A DNA stretch of 61,674 nucleotides, the filler included, from Choristocarpus tenellus KU-1152 (Eukaryota > Protista > Phaeophyceae), in assembly GCA_964200185.2 (NCBI GenBank). It is 10 parts of 10 records of this genome, joined end to end, with 100 filler letters (N's around TTAATTAATTAA, not from the genome) between each part and the next. Parts side by side here need not be neighbours in the genome. Positions count along the whole stretch, not along the records: positions 1 to 24,343 come from CAXNAD020000216.1; 9 more parts are not named here. The stretch is one strand, 5' to 3'. Within the stretch, counting starts at the first letter, position 1, and each line of letters begins with the position of its first letter. The translations under genes and the position numbers were made by a program. Positions 1 to 13,330 of the stretch are shown piece by piece. The notes under the pieces were generated by a model. That model was not told the origin of the DNA and ran no database searches. It was given only the letters and a program-made list of their open reading frames with translations.

Positions 1-639
1 GCTTCAAGCCGTCAAAGTAGGGGTCTTTTGGGGTGATCTTCAGGCCAGAACTGGGCATATCGAGGTCAGAACGTCGGGATGGCAACCCCCCCGTCGACCC
101 CCTCGCATAGGAACGGTGCCTAAGTGTCCCTGAATACCAGGGTTGCGCTTGCAGTGTGGCACGCCCTCACAATGTTCCCTAGTGAGCATTTACTGCCGCG
201 ACACACGTTGGGCTGGCCCTTGCAGCGGAGTTTGGAGTGTCTGAGCGTTACATACGAGGGCTTTGGGAGGACGTCGCTGGTCAGCTTGCCCGTTGCCACA
301 CACTTGACCTAGGGGTCGTGGAACGTAGTGGGTGGCCTTCGGAGCTCACACCGACCAAGATGACTGTAATACATATTATCAACTCCAATAATCGGTCATC
401 CACAGTGCGTCAGGTGACAGTGAAGATGGATGGCCGCCAAAGGACTGAATGATAGCATGAGCACCGTAAACAGGTGGTTGAATGATATAGGGGCCATGCC
501 GAATCGCTGCTGGATCAAACCCAAACTTAAATCGTGGTAAAAGGTACGGAGAATGGACTTTGTTTGCGATCAAGTGGACCGGAAACGTGGTGTGTACGCC
601 TCCATGGCGAACGCAATCCATGTGGCTGAAACCTGGTTT

Positions 640-1245
640 AACGTGATGGCTGATTAGGAAAGAGTTAGGGTATTTCCGTATGAGGATGATAGCAGCAAGA
701 CAGTGCCACCCCCCACACGGGCAAGGGCAACTGAGAAATCTGGTCAGGGGCAGGGAAGACTGGGGGGTGGTCGATTAGGCTTGTGACGCAGCCATCTAAT
801 TCCCCGACCTCAATATCATGGACCTGTGCTTCTTCAGGTCTTTGAAATGCTGTGTGTTGGGGAAGCGGTTTGGGTCCGTCAAGGAGATGGTGGTCATTAA
901 GAAAGAGTATGAGGAGTATGATGAAACCACACTTGAGAGGGCTTGGCAGCTCCTTTTTGTGGTGCACAATCAAGTACTTAGATACAAAGGGGGGAATGAT
1001 TTCAGTGTGGAGCACACAGGGGCAAGGAAGAAGCAGTTGTGTGGTGAGCTTGAAAACACGCTGAAGGTAGATATGGAGGCTTTTTCTGTGGCTGATAAAA
1101 CTGTGATTGATGGGGAGTAATAATAATAAAAAGAGCAGATAACCAGGAATTTGTCAAGGATTCCAAATCTTTTTTCAGAAATGAATTTCATGAACATCTT
1201 CAAAAGTTATGGTCAACGCAGCACAGACTTATGGCACGGAGGTAG
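640..1245 (+). mobile_element. 5'-truncated Tc1/mariner (DD39D/plant-mariner-like) transposon relic with 3' TIR
   Basis: QQDSATPH at 693-716 and QPSNSP-DLNIMDLCFFRSLK at 789-847, with TGA at 732 and a 1-bp deletion near 805. C-terminus reads to TAA at 1120. The end ...GCACGGAGGTAG (1245) followed by TA is the reverse complement of TA-CTACCTCCGT, a Stowaway-like TIR. Confidence 0.85.
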
Positions 1246-1397
1246 TAACGTATAATAACTTGCCCAGACACAGTTGATATTTTCTAGGGCGGTAGTTACG
1301 CAAAATATATCAGTGTATGATGTATGAGAGTAACCTACGTTGAAAAGAATACTAGAAATAATCACCTTGCAATAAAGGGTAAAACAAGGAGGAATAC

Positions 1398-1417
1398 GAG
1401 AGAGAGAGAGAGAGAGA
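1398..1417. repeat. (GA)n microsatellite
   Basis: Direct reading. Confidence 0.95.
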
Positions 1418-1714
1418 GTGATGACTTTTGATCACTCTCCACGTTGCTTCCACCAACCCTTCTTACATGATAAATACGCGAGGGTCATCCTACTTCGTCC
1501 CTACAAAATATACACTATATAGGGTTTGGTCATACTTCGCTTGTAGACTTCCACACGTGCGAGCACAGGACTTGACGTCAAAAGACCGAAAAAAGAGGAA
1601 AAACGGTTTCAATAGATGCCTCCAATATTATTTTTGTTTGTCGTGTATTAATCAGGGATGATGTCAACCCGTGGTCAGACGCACCACAGACTGCACCTCC
1701 TCTCATCGCCCTAC

Positions 1715-1851
1715 AACAGCTGATTTCAAAATTTGAGGATGGAGCTTTTCATTGAAGATGGGCTTGACCCAAAATTAAAAATGATTTTTAATTTTGGGTC
1801 AAGCCCATCCTCAATGAAAAGCTCCATCCTCAAATTTTGAAATCGGCTGTT
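1715..1851. mobile_element. Palindromic (foldback) MITE, family P, copy 1
   Basis: Near-perfect 137-bp palindrome AACAGCTGATTTCAAAA...TTTTGAAATCGGCTGTT flanked by CTAC/CTAC. A related copy lies at 15495. Confidence 0.85.
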
Positions 1852-3790
1852 CTACCTACTTATTAACTGTTGTTGCACTACGACTAATTGAACTGCCTCC
1901 GTTCCTGCCTTGCTTCTGAAAACGTTGGTTCAGCACTCCCACTGCTCGTCACTCTTGTCTCCTTCGAATCTTCTGGTTGACCCCCTACGAAATTTCCACC
2001 TTACTCTTGTTCAGGCATTTTTGTGGTATCACACAGACAGGATAATACAATTATATGATTCATTACTCTTGCCTTGTGGAATAGCATAATCGAAAACAGA
2101 TTTTCATGAAAAGAAGTCTGGACGTCGAAGGGATTGAATTCGTTGTATCTATGCAGATAGCCACCTTCACGGTTGAGACAAAAGAACGCCCAATACTTAA
2201 TACTTTTTCCAACTCCAAAGTATGTATCATGACATACTTGCTTCTAGTATTTAGTAACTTACTACTATTAATACTTTTTCTCTGTGTAAGTGCGAATAAT
2301 GTTGCATTATTACTACATGTTGTACTATGTGAATATGTAGGTACATCAAAAGTATTTCTAATATTACATTTCCAAAAAAAGCGCAATTACTGATGAGGTA
2401 AAAGACATCAATCAAACACCACATACATGTTGGGTGCTTCAGCCGAGGTGCGAAAGCGCACCATGATGAGGGTTTGAGCCTCATAGTTTAATCTGAACTC
2501 CTTTGCTGTGACTCTCTCTAGACATATCATGCGTTTCAAGCTAGAGACACCAGGCAGATAGATGGGCAAGGAGGGTCCTTCAGATTCTCGGGGTACTTCC
2601 CTAGTTCCTCGCCCACCTTGTAGGCCTAAGGTGGGTTAGAGGCATACCCGTAGTGTATGCATTACATTGTAGTCACCAACCTTTAAGGGGGTATTATTGT
2701 GTAGTTAGTATTCAAAAAGTAAAAGATTTTTAGAGAGGCATCTCTTACATCTACTACAAAGGTTGTTTTTACCGGGGTCCTTGTGATGCAGGTTTGGTTT
2801 TCCTTGACACACCTGAAAAATGCTAGAGGGAATAATAATACTTAATAAAAAACATACAAATTGGTCGAATGTAACGTTTGGGCGATTTTACGGTCTTACC
2901 GTCGTCCTCCATCGATCTTCACGTCTTCACTTGCCCAATGGGGATGTGCATGGGAGCACATCAGCAACTTAGCACCCTCCCTACAAAACAAACTTCAGTG
3001 GTATCACAAACAGCCCAGCCACGAAGTCTTTACGCTTGTACATGGTATTGGCTGCCTTCTTTGGTGGGACCCCACGCGCAAATTTGAGAATGATGGGTTC
3101 GTCCGCTAATGGGGTTATTCGGGCATCATGGAGGAGGATCAAAGGCAAAGTCGACGCTGGTTTCCCTCTACTTCACTTGCAGTTTTGCTTGGACTGCCCA
3201 AACCCATCGATGGAAGGTTCTTTGGGTATGTGTTGTTGGTCGTAGAGTAAGATACCATCCTCATGAATTCCACACAGAGTTTTCATTTTCACTGTATGCA
3301 GTCGGAGACTTGCGTTGTTGCATATGTGAACTAGATGCGGTGGAAATGTTCGAGTATGTCTGTTTGGTCTTTGTCGCTTCCTTATGATTTGTTCCGCTAC
3401 TAGAAAAGAGGTATGTACAGTGTAAAAGAAGGGTGTAGATCTGGGCAGTTTTATTTGAACCTCGTAGACTGAAGGGCACCACATCGCTTTGATGTGGTGT
3501 GTTACTGATATGTGATTCCACCCAGCAGGGCACAGAGTACCTATCCTCCTACCTACTGATATGCGTTTTGATGTTTAGTTGGGACCGCATTAGAGTGTTC
3601 TTTACTGAAAAACATGGGGCATGGAAGAAATGCCAGAACAATTACTTTTTTGTTTGCCCACTTCTGCACCCATTGCAGCAGAGGTTAGCTTCTCGATATT
3701 AGGATATTCACATAGTACAGTATTCGGCGGCCTGATAACAAAACAACCATTGTGCGCTGTACCTGGCATCCCATTTCTAATTGATCGCAG

Positions 3791-5810
3791 TGCTTGCCCT
3801 GGCTCCATCACATGGCCTCCTAGATTTTACTGTTGTAGGAGGTGAGCTCTGAGTACGAGGACAATCCAGTATCATACATCTACACCATAAGCACCACAAG
3901 CAGATCATTTTGTTCACGCATGATTATTTTTTATCTCATTTGAGAGGTGCCTGCTTGTATGGAGATCTAAGAAACTTGCTATCAAGGGCGAGCTTGTCGA
4001 TTGTTCTGTTTGAGTTGTTCCAACTAAACTTGACTGTTCATTACCAGAGTGATTAAAATATACTTGATCGCCTGCACAACTCTTCCACACCCTACCCTTT
4101 GCCTGTCTCAAACATGGGAAAGAGATTTCCACCCCACAAGCCATATGCTCTCCCTGAAGATGAGATCACAGACACGACTTCCATGAGTCCCTTGGCTGAC
4201 ACGATTCTGTTAAGAAAAAGCATTTTTTGTGTGTGTCCCCTATGCGTCCATGCTTACAGAGGTTGTGTACGCTGTACCCAATGACTGCCGATCAGAACTG
4301 CTCAATGCTGATGATGTACCTGGTCGCATCATCCTTGTGGAAAGGGGAGAAGTGAGATACCTTCTTTTCCACATCTTTTTCCTTGCCTTTGCTATTGACC
4401 ACCCACTACTTGGTCATCCTTGCCCTCAACATATATATATATATGCTTTTGTCTTTTGCTGTGTGATTCCTGCTTTGGGAATGACAAGTACTGGGCAGCC
4501 CAAATTCACTATAAAAAGAGTTAGACAAGGTGCACTGACCAACAAAGTCCGAATAAGTTTTTGAAGCAATGTTCCCCAAACTTGTTTCTTCTAAGCAAGA
4601 ACACAGTATTGTAGTTGAAGGTGTTGCGAGGTATGTTATAGGGAGGGGATAGTAGGTCAAGTGGACAAATCAATCATAGAACAAAGCCAAAAGTAAATGA
4701 GAGGAACGAGGGTAGCAATTGAAGGATGCTGACAAATGTGCAAAATTTGGCTTACTGTACAAATACATACAGGGATCTTTCTGAATTCTGTTGAAGATTT
4801 GCAAACAATTAGATAAATCAATGCTCTCAAGTCAATCTGAGTACTTCATCCATAGATGCAAGGGTGCATTACAAAAGATGGAAAGAGTGGCTCAAAAAGA
4901 AAAATGACCAAAACTGGGTACCTCTCACTTCTTTTGGCTCACACTTCAAGGCTGGCAATGTACTGCTTTGAACCTCTCTACATATTTTCTAATTTATATT
5001 TGACATTGCCCCAGGCATACTGTGGCATACCTCTGCTGCTTGTTCATGAAACCAGTCTCAACAAGGGCAGGTTGCTTAACAAAGAAAATGCCCCCCAAAA
5101 AACAGCACCTCCTTGCGCACAAACAGAACATCAGACAAATTGCTGTGGGCAATACCTAGATAAGCAAGCATAGTCATATTCTCGTTGCAATCCAAACAGC
5201 CCTATGCCCCACAGCTAATCCCCACATACATACATGCATACATACATAACTTGAACTGGCCAAACCTAACCCTATCAGTTACACAATAGGAAGGTGTCAA
5301 GTTCTATCTCTTATGTTGCCCCTGTCACCTCCTCTCAGAAATATCCACCCATCCTGGGGCATGAATGAACGCTGAGATGTGTCAAAATCACAGTTTGATT
5401 TTGTTGGATTAATGTTTGATGCAATTACTGAATCGTACAGCAGGAACAAGAAGAGAAAAGAGGAGAAATGAAATGAAAATACAAACTCACAAACATTGTG
5501 CATACGTGTGGATGTATACCTTCCACAAAAGGTGCCCATCTTGGAGAAGATCATTCGAGCACAGGATGCAGGGGCTGCAGGTGTGATAGTTGTGGATGAT
5601 GGTGGCTGCAGCCCAGACCTCAGAGACTGTGGACGCTTAGGTGGAGTAAGGGATGGCGGCTTTGCAGGCCAGGATGGAAAACATGCCTGGGCAGCGGTTA
5701 CAATACCTGCAGTTATGATAGCACAGGAAACAGGGAAACGCCTACGGGGGATGATGGGCCTCAGATTAGTTTTAGTAGCAGGACTTGGAGAACAGCTTGT
5801 GATACGATAA
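3791..5810 (+). CDS. Protease-associated (PA) domain protein, 3' exons (3791-3841 tentative; 4260-4351; 5532-5810)
   Basis: Phase-compatible splicing gives EVVYAVPNDCRSELLNADDVPGRIILVERGE|VPILEKIIRAQDAGAAGVIVVDD...VTIPAVMIAQETGKRL, matching the PA motif GKIVLVxRG..KxxxAQxAGAxxVIV. Stop at 5808-5810; upstream exons unresolved. Confidence 0.8.
4684..4940 (-). mobile_element. MITE family B (in PA-gene intron)
   Basis: Reverse-orientation homolog of 9752-10010; ends AAGCCAAAAGTAAA...CTTTTGGCTC; flanks ACA/ACA. Confidence 0.75.
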
Positions 5811-6592
5811 ACATAGCCAGGTTCTGAAGACATTTGCTCAGTTCTCCAGGGGTGCGCTTATGATACTCCCAAAGATGGGAGTTGCCTATGGGTTTTTTAC
5901 TATCAGGCTAGATTGTTTATCGGGTCTTGTGTGGTATTACTGAAGCACAGATAGATTTGTCCTGAGATGTCAACCACCACCCCCCCTCCCTGGAAGTAGA
6001 GGTTGTCAACCTTAATCAAGAACTCCATTTCCTTTAGTTTCCAAGTAACTTTTGTGTGTGGACGTGGGAATTTACAGGGCACCTGATCAAATGAGTGAGT
6101 GACCAACACCTCTTGCCAAGCCCTTCTTGGTGAATGTGCTACTGTAGGTGTGCTTTGCCCAGTACAAAACTCAGAACTTGGAATTACTTTATGCTATGGT
6201 GGAGAAACTATGACTGATAGTCCCTCAATTTGTCTCTTCCATGTATTTGTAGTCCACGAGTAGAAATGACTCTCCCTCTCTTCACAACAGTTGCACGATT
6301 ACCTCATTGAAACAGTCCACATTAGCCCGATGCTCTCCTGTGAGGCACAACATATCTGTTACATCAGAAGTGCTTTCCACGAAGATTATTTCTTGGAGAA
6401 ACATCTTCCAAATATCCAAGTAGTGATGATATGCATGCAATGATGTAACCATGTATCAAAATTCAGTACAGTCACAAACAATTGTGGCTAGTCCTACAGT
6501 GACCTTTCAAGCTTAAAAACCATTTTCAGCGCGCTTTTGAGAAAGATCCTAGCATACGGTATGGGTGACGCAATGGCTTTGACAATCTATAC

Positions 6593-6839
6593 GAGCCAAA
6601 GTATCTTAGAGGGTAGGGCCGCGTCCATTTGGGGGTCAAAATCTATTGTTTCGATTTTTATGTCATTTTGACTGTCGTGTTGGTTAGAACGTGTCAGTAT
6701 CCATGTTCCGGACACACATTTTCAAAACGTACACATTTTCCTACTCCTAAACATTTTGGAGTAGGAAAGTGTCATAAAAGAACCCAAGCCCCAAGTGGAC
6801 AAACAGGGCAAAACTCTACCCTCTAAGATACTTTCACTC
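6593..6839 (+). mobile_element. MITE family A
   Basis: TIRs GAGCCAAAGTATCTTAGAGGGTAG / CTACCCTCTAAGATACTTTCACTC; central hairpin TTTCCTACTCC...GGAGTAGGAAA; flanks ATAC/ATAC; five copies in the window. Confidence 0.9.
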
Positions 6840-7049
6840 ATACTTTTAATATTTGCAATGGATATATTATTTTCATCATTGCCCACGACTTGTGAGTTGA
6901 GTTCAAGCTAGATGAGATCAGCAATGGTTTGTTTGGGGCAGCCAAAAGGGGAAAAATCATTACTGATCAATAAGAAAACGATTTTCTTTGACTAACAGAG
7001 CGATGGGAAATAGTGTTGCATGGTTCACAACGACAGCTGATTGATCGGC

Positions 7050-7900
7050 ACTGTTCACATGTCCACTTCTCCGATCAGCATGCTTTAAATTCACTGCTTA
7101 AGACGTTTGGCGTGTTTTCACCCCTCCACTTCTTCACTCGGAGACAAAGCTCCTTTAACCCCTTACCATTAATCTTGCTGTAACTGGCAGGGTCACCATC
7201 ATCATTAATATCAAATACCATTACAGTGTTTGTATCTATTATTTCCAACAACTTGACTATTTCATGTCCAACAACCCAGTGATATTTTGATATGGCACTC
7301 TCTTTCCATCGCTTGAAACCTCTACAAATCTTCTCAGTGATTCATCATCCTGCCAATTTCGCACCTGTTGATACAATAGCGTCTAGGCTTTGATTTTGCA
7401 GAAATATCTTACAGGGAACAAGCCCAGCAACACCCTTTTTTTGTTCACGTGACTGACTGCTGTGCCCTTCCTATGTAGGGCTCTCACGACAGGCAGTAGC
7501 GAGGTATACTAAGTAAGATTGAAGTACAAGGTGTAGCTTGTGAGAAAGTGTGTGGAGTCAGTCCTTTGCGTGTGTTTCCTGACCTACTACTGAGGTAAAA
7601 TAATCTTCAATGTGGATGCACTCTGAATGTCCGCCTTGCTTGGCAATGGTGTCCTTCTGATGACAATAGTGAGGAGGGCACCATGATATTGTTCACATAT
7701 ACATGGTAAGACTTGGGGCATGAACAGGTGAGCCGTATTTGGAGGTGACCCCACGGTGTCAGGTGGTCCACCAGTTGAAGATAGTCCGGTGGCAATAGAG
7801 CACCTGTTGTGCACATGAGCACGCACAGTGAGGTTTGTATCCCCTTCCCCCTTTTCGAAAGGTACTGTGCCATTGGGCTGGCAGGGGATATGTGGGAAGT
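7050..7900 (-). pseudogene. Possible pogo/Tigger (DDE_1) transposase relic
   Basis: Fragmented frames CVLMCTTGALLPP, KSYHVYVNNIMVP and GLVPCKIFLQNQSLDAIV..GFKRW resemble DDE_1 motifs (GxxLPP; W..Y...I+P; VP...QPLD). Many frameshifts. Confidence 0.35.
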
Positions 7901-9751
7901 ACAATATGGATGAAAACACAAAATTAGAGGGACTCTGTTAGTTCTGTTGCCTTAAGGAAGGATGTATCCCCCTGTAGTTGCTGTTGTATTTTCATCTTGC
8001 TGCTTTTGCAACGAAGCGAATCAGGACGGTGCACAGATGCTAATTGTTAATGTGTGATCTATATATGATTTGAAGCGTGACAAAGATCGTAGCTTTGCAA
8101 TAAAACAACAGAACTATCCTGTAAGAATGATATATACTCCAGTGCCAAGAAAAGTTATGCACATATTTTATTTTTAATGAAGTGATTGTTAAGTAATTTT
8201 CCTGGATTAAAATTGGACTGTCATGAGTACAGTGTTGACAAAACCCCCCCGAATTGATACGAAAAAGTGCTTGATAAAACTACTGAGAACTAAAAGAATA
8301 GCACAAATAAAGTATTGTACTCTCAAGAACTTTGAAGTAAGTAGTACAATAAAATATTGCACATTGCAAGGGAATTATGGTGTTCAGATCTTTCGCTTTA
8401 CGCTTCTAGATATCCTTCAATACGACATCAAAGTAAACTACTCCAGTTACTCTTCTACACGGGGATAATGGTGATGCACAACCAACTCTCTCGGTGTGGA
8501 GAAAATAAAATAAATTCTGAACCATAACGACAAAAAATATCATCGTACACTCTCCAGATATTTTTCCTGAAGAAATAGTCCCCAGCATCATGTGAAATTC
8601 ACTGAAGAAAAAAAAAGAAATATTTAATCTCATCAAGCGCCTGGGGAAAAAATTACTGGAAACATTGGATGGATGCCCTGCAAAAAATAAAATAAACGCA
8701 ATCGACTCTAACTGATATTCCAGTCAATCAAGCTGTTCAAGCCATTTCACATGGCTGCACTTTTCTCATTGCTGTGTGTCCTCTCTTGGTACAGAGAATG
8801 GAGCGCCATCCAAACAGCAACCTCTACTCCTGCTAGTTATTCTGTCCTCTCAGAACTATATCAAGCTTGCCCCTCCTTTAAATATCCGAGGATCCAGCTC
8901 TTCTCCACAATTGTGTTCACCACCCCACCTCTTCTTCGTTGGAGTGGAAAGGGTATGCCCAAAAAAATCTCCAGCCCTTATACTGCTAATATGGTCGATA
9001 TCAACCAAAAATAAGCTCAGCTTAAGCGAGGCAGAGTGTAGTTGTTCAAGTCTGCTCATTGTCAAACTTACAGCTTCAGCATCAACTCTTGTGGAGATTA
9101 TGGGCGTGCCAATTCCATTGCTTCCCAACTTCCCTCCCCCCCCCTTCATCACCATTCCCACCAGAAACTCTCACAGACAGGAAATAGTGATGGAGGGTGT
9201 TGTGCTGCAGAACATATATTGTGAGAGGACTTACGCATGCCGGCTCTTTACAACTCTCTCCATGGTTGGTGACATATAATTGAACAGTCTGTACATGTAT
9301 GGGGTGGGGACTCCCACGATACTGGGACCTTGACTTGGGGTAGGCGTTGGAAGACCTTGAGATTAAGGCTGGCGAGCTCCTGACCAACAACAGCATCACC
9401 AGGGCTCACGAGTAACTCCAGCTAGAATAAGAGCATAAGGATGTACTTGAACCACAGAGCCTCAGGGATGAGCTAGTGGAGGTAGTTCATGTTTACAAGG
9501 TATAATTATTCCATGTTGAACAAAGGAGGCTTTTGTGGTGGCACAGGAGGGTGGGAGTGGGCAAATGTCGATCCAGGTAGTCCTGGCCGTCCACATCACG
9601 CTTGTCTCGCACTCTGTAGCTGCCCATTTTTTGTCAGCAAGAATGAATGGATAAAGAAAGTCAGAGGGAATTAGAGGGAATGGATATGGCATTTAAGTGG
9701 AAAAGGAAAATCCTACACTCAACTCAGTGTGGAGCCTTGAGCAGTCCCATT

Positions 9752-10010
9752 GAGCCAAAGTAAACAAGAGGTACCCAGGTTTTGACTGTTTTTAGCTTTA
9801 AGTATATTTTTTACTTATTTGCAATTCACCCATATGTTTATGCATGAAGTTCTAAGTTTGACTTTGGAGTATTTATTTATCTTTTATCTGAAACTTTTTC
9901 AACAAAATTCAGAACACATCCTATACACATTTGCAAAAATGGCGAATTTTGCATATATTTATCAGGACCCCTAAAATTCAACTCTGGGCACCTACCATTT
10001 ACTTTGACTC
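9752..10010 (+). mobile_element. MITE family B
   Basis: TIRs GAGCCAAAGTAAA / TTTACTTTGACTC; internal similarity to copies at 4684, 11420, 18664, 20507 and 59580. Confidence 0.85.
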
Positions 10011-10156
10011 ATCATTACAACTGTTGAGTCTCATTTGACATAGGGCCATGGCGATTTGTGATAAACCAGTCACGAAAAGGAGTTCTATGTACAAGTTCAG
10101 TTTGGTGCTTGTTACTATTCCAGAATCAGAGTTGATTACTGGGAATGGGCGGTGCG

Positions 10157-10620
10157 CTCATGAATCAAATCTTGGCATTTTGAGTATAACGCAATTTGGA
10201 TGTGTGCTGTAATGGGTGGCCAACAGACAGGGAAACTGGTGTGGTTTGAGTTGGGCTTGGGAACTCAAGAAAACTCCTCCTTCTGCTTGCTCACAGAAAT
10301 GCGCATGTTTTTTAGGGAGTAGGGTGATCCTAAAACACAAGGTACTGATAAAAAAAACGGTTTTTGAGTACAATGGACAATGTAACTGCAAAAAACTGGC
10401 GTAATGTACACTGGACAGTGCCGAAAATGAGAAATGTACCCTTTGGGAAATGTCGAAAAAAAGACATTCATGTTCCCTTCTCCACTTGTCACTGTTGGAT
10501 TGGATTTTAATTGCAATATAAATCAACACAGGTGCCCCCCTCAAATGACACAATTTGATCTCAAGGGAAGATTTTGTCGTACAACACAAAAACAAATGCC
10601 AGGCACTGGGTTTCGCTGAG
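10157..10620. mobile_element. Possible old non-autonomous TIR element
   Basis: Degenerate terminal inverted match CTCATGAATCAAATCTTGGCATTT vs reverse complement CTCAGCGAAACCCAGTGCCTGGCATTT; no TSD seen. Confidence 0.3.
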
Positions 10621-11419
10621 GGTCAGGGATGCCCACACTCGTCGTAGATCACCCCTTCTGCCTGCTTCACCTCGAGAATGACATCAAATCGCTCACTGGT
10701 GGCTCCGCAAAATGTTTTTCCACCAACTGCACGATAAAAGAGGCTTTGTGGGATATTTCCTGAGAGAACTCTATCTCAAAATTTACGGCACAGGAAATAA
10801 TGGTGAGTGAGGGTAAAAGGCAATGTAGCAAGGGTGAAGTGTGAGGAGTGAGGGCAATGAGGTGAACCAAGCCAGGAGCGAGAGGTAGAGGAGATATCGC
10901 AAGGTTTACAAAATGGTCTGGAGTGCATGAGTTTCGTTGTGCAAATGTGGTTGTGAATAGAGCAAGGGATATCTTTTCAGTGATGGTTTCTTGTTCATCA
11001 CCCAATCAAGAAAAGAACTCGGATCATATTCTTGTTGAATGCCTGTGTAGCAAGATGTCATGTTATGCTGTATCAAATCTATGCACCTCTTTCAGTGACT
11101 TTCCCAGCTCAGTCTGGTTCTTCGGAATTTCCATGACTCTATGAAGGAAGAACCATTAATAATATCACACTCATAGGGTCTATTGTTGAATCAGAACCTG
11201 GATGGAATTCATGGGGTCCCACCTTCCGTCACAAATAATTGCTCAAAGGAAAGGGGGAACAAAGAAAAGGGAGGCTTGTGGGCTTGACTGCTTGAGATGG
11301 AGGGATCGAGGTGGGGTAGAATAGAGTAATGCCAGCAACTTCATAAAAAAAGCTCGGGCATGTCCCATGTGACAACATCGCCTTATGGACATTCTTCACC
11401 TGCTTGAGGTGGTGCAAAA

Positions 11420-11657
11420 GAGCCAAAGTAAACGAAGGGTACCCAGATTTTGACCATTTTGCATATTTAGTCTGTTTTCAATCTTTTGCACTTCACCTAT
11501 ATTTCTATGGATGAAGTTCTGAGGTTGAATTGAGAGTGTTTATTTCTCTACTGTTCAAAAATTCTCTGGCACAATTCAGAAAATACCGTGGACACAGTTA
11601 TAAAAAAAGTCGATATTTGCGCATTTTTTTTTGTCAGCATCCTTAAAGTGCTACTCT
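11420..11657 (+). mobile_element. MITE family B, right TIR lost
   Basis: Starts GAGCCAAAGTAAACGAAGGGTACCCAG; similarity to 9752 ends just before the Copia LTR. Confidence 0.75.
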
Positions 11658-11684
11658 AAACCTGCTCTGCAGCTACTGGTCTTG

Positions 11685-11925
11685 TGTCGAATAACCTAGT
11701 GTTATCCTCACGTTATCTGTGCTGATACAAGTAAACAACATAGCTTCTATGTACGTTGATCTTTTGTTTAGTACAATACAAAGTAGAAACGTACACAGCG
11801 GTACGTTTTGGTGGGTCAATGGGATACATGTATTACAAATGGATAATTAATAAGTGTGTGCTTGACCATGTAATTCAACTGCTGGCTTCCGGCGACGAGC
11901 CTTACGTGCGCCAAGCTTCTCAACA
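11685..11925 (+). repeat. Copia 5' LTR
   Basis: TG...CA ends; direct repeat of 15104-15382. Confidence 0.95.
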
Positions 11926-12004
11926 CGCTTCAGCGCCTAACAAAAACTCTAGCTAGGGGAGGCGCAGCCGGACTGGTTTGTTTTGAATTGGTACTGCACC
12001 ACTC

Positions 12005-13330
12005 ATGGCCGCAGATGGGACCCAAACCAAACTCCTTCAACTAACGGACGACAACTATGCAGACTGGTTTGCTACAACCCGTGCATTTTTGGGGGCGAAG
12101 GGGGATATTGATGAGGCATCACAGCATAGGAGGGAACCTATCAGAGTGGGTGACATCGAATTCATCAAGGGTGAAGATGTCAGTGAAGACGAAGTCACCA
12201 AGGCCAAGAAGGCTTATGATGTCCTGCTGAGGAGCACCAGCGAGATTTACCGGTGCATAGTCCGGAATGCTGCCTCACCTTCAGGAGCCTGGAAACAACT
12301 ACGTGAACACTTCCTTATTCAGTCAGATGAGGAATAGCCAGACTCCAAAGGAAAGTTATGACGGTCAAGATGCCTCGGGGATCAGATCCCCAAATCACTT
12401 TCACGATGATGATGATGGGGCATGTTATGTCCGAACAGGTCCTAGAAATCGATATGTTAGACTGTTTGGATGAAGACTACCAGATCACCAAACACTACCT
12501 CCAGCACCATAATAAGAGTGAGCGTTCGAGGGCCACGATTCAACAAGCCGCTCGTTCGCGTTTCTTCTCACTACAACGGGAAGCAGCAGATCGCGGAGAG
12601 CTCGGGAGCGCTCTGGCCGAGAGGACCGTAAAAAGGGTTAACCGAGGAGTCAACCAAGGTACGACTGGTCATCGTACACACCCTGGGATGATAGGATCCC
12701 GTCCCAGAAGGCTGGCCAGGGCAAAAGAAATATGGACAATGTGCGGACTGGAAAAACACACAGGTCCTTGCACATATAAAGGACTGTGCTACAGCTGCGG
12801 GAGCAAAGGACACCGGCAAGCTGTTTGCTCTCAGAGGAGGGCAGGACCACCAAAGTCGGTGGGATATACATATCGCCAGAGGGCGACTCCGCACGAGGTG
12901 GCGGAAGAACTAGTTGGATCAGAGGAACCGGCTAGGCCAGGGCAGGACCACCAAAGTCGGTGGGAAATTCATATCGCCAGAGGGCGAATCCGGTAAGGTC
13001 GGTGGAAGTTCGAGGCTGGATCAGAGGAACCGGCTAGGACAGGAAGGAAGTCTAAGGACCATGTTAGTCGCTGTGACTGAGAATGGCAAGGTGAGAACGA
13101 ATGCTTTCGAAACATAGTGTTTTGGTTCGGGGACTTCCAATAATGTGACGAAAGACCAAAAGTACATCTATGACTTCACCACATGTCCATAAGGCTGCGA
13201 AATGACTGTAGCTGACGGCACATCACTACCCATTATGGGGTATGGCAAGATTGATCTGGATTTCAATGTTGGCCGCGATGAGTGGGTGCATGTTACTCTG
13301 ACGTCTGTTTCATTTGTCCCGAATATAGCA
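12005..13330 (+). pseudogene. Copia gag-protease remnant
   Basis: LTDDNYADW gag N-terminus, SPSGAWKQL, Zn knuckle CYSCGSKGHRQAVC, protease-like *CFGSGTSNNVT near 13115; stops and frameshifts. Confidence 0.85.

Noticed and set aside
5297-5833. 178-aa minus-strand ORF (and similar ORFs opposite Sin3 and IRE1/PERK)
   Set aside because: Antisense shadows of real exons.
10667-11150. hAT dimerisation-domain-like relic (SCAVNFEIEFSQ); similar hint near 60300-60430
   Set aside because: Only a loose resemblance to the SxxxERxFS motif; no TIR or 8-bp TSD.
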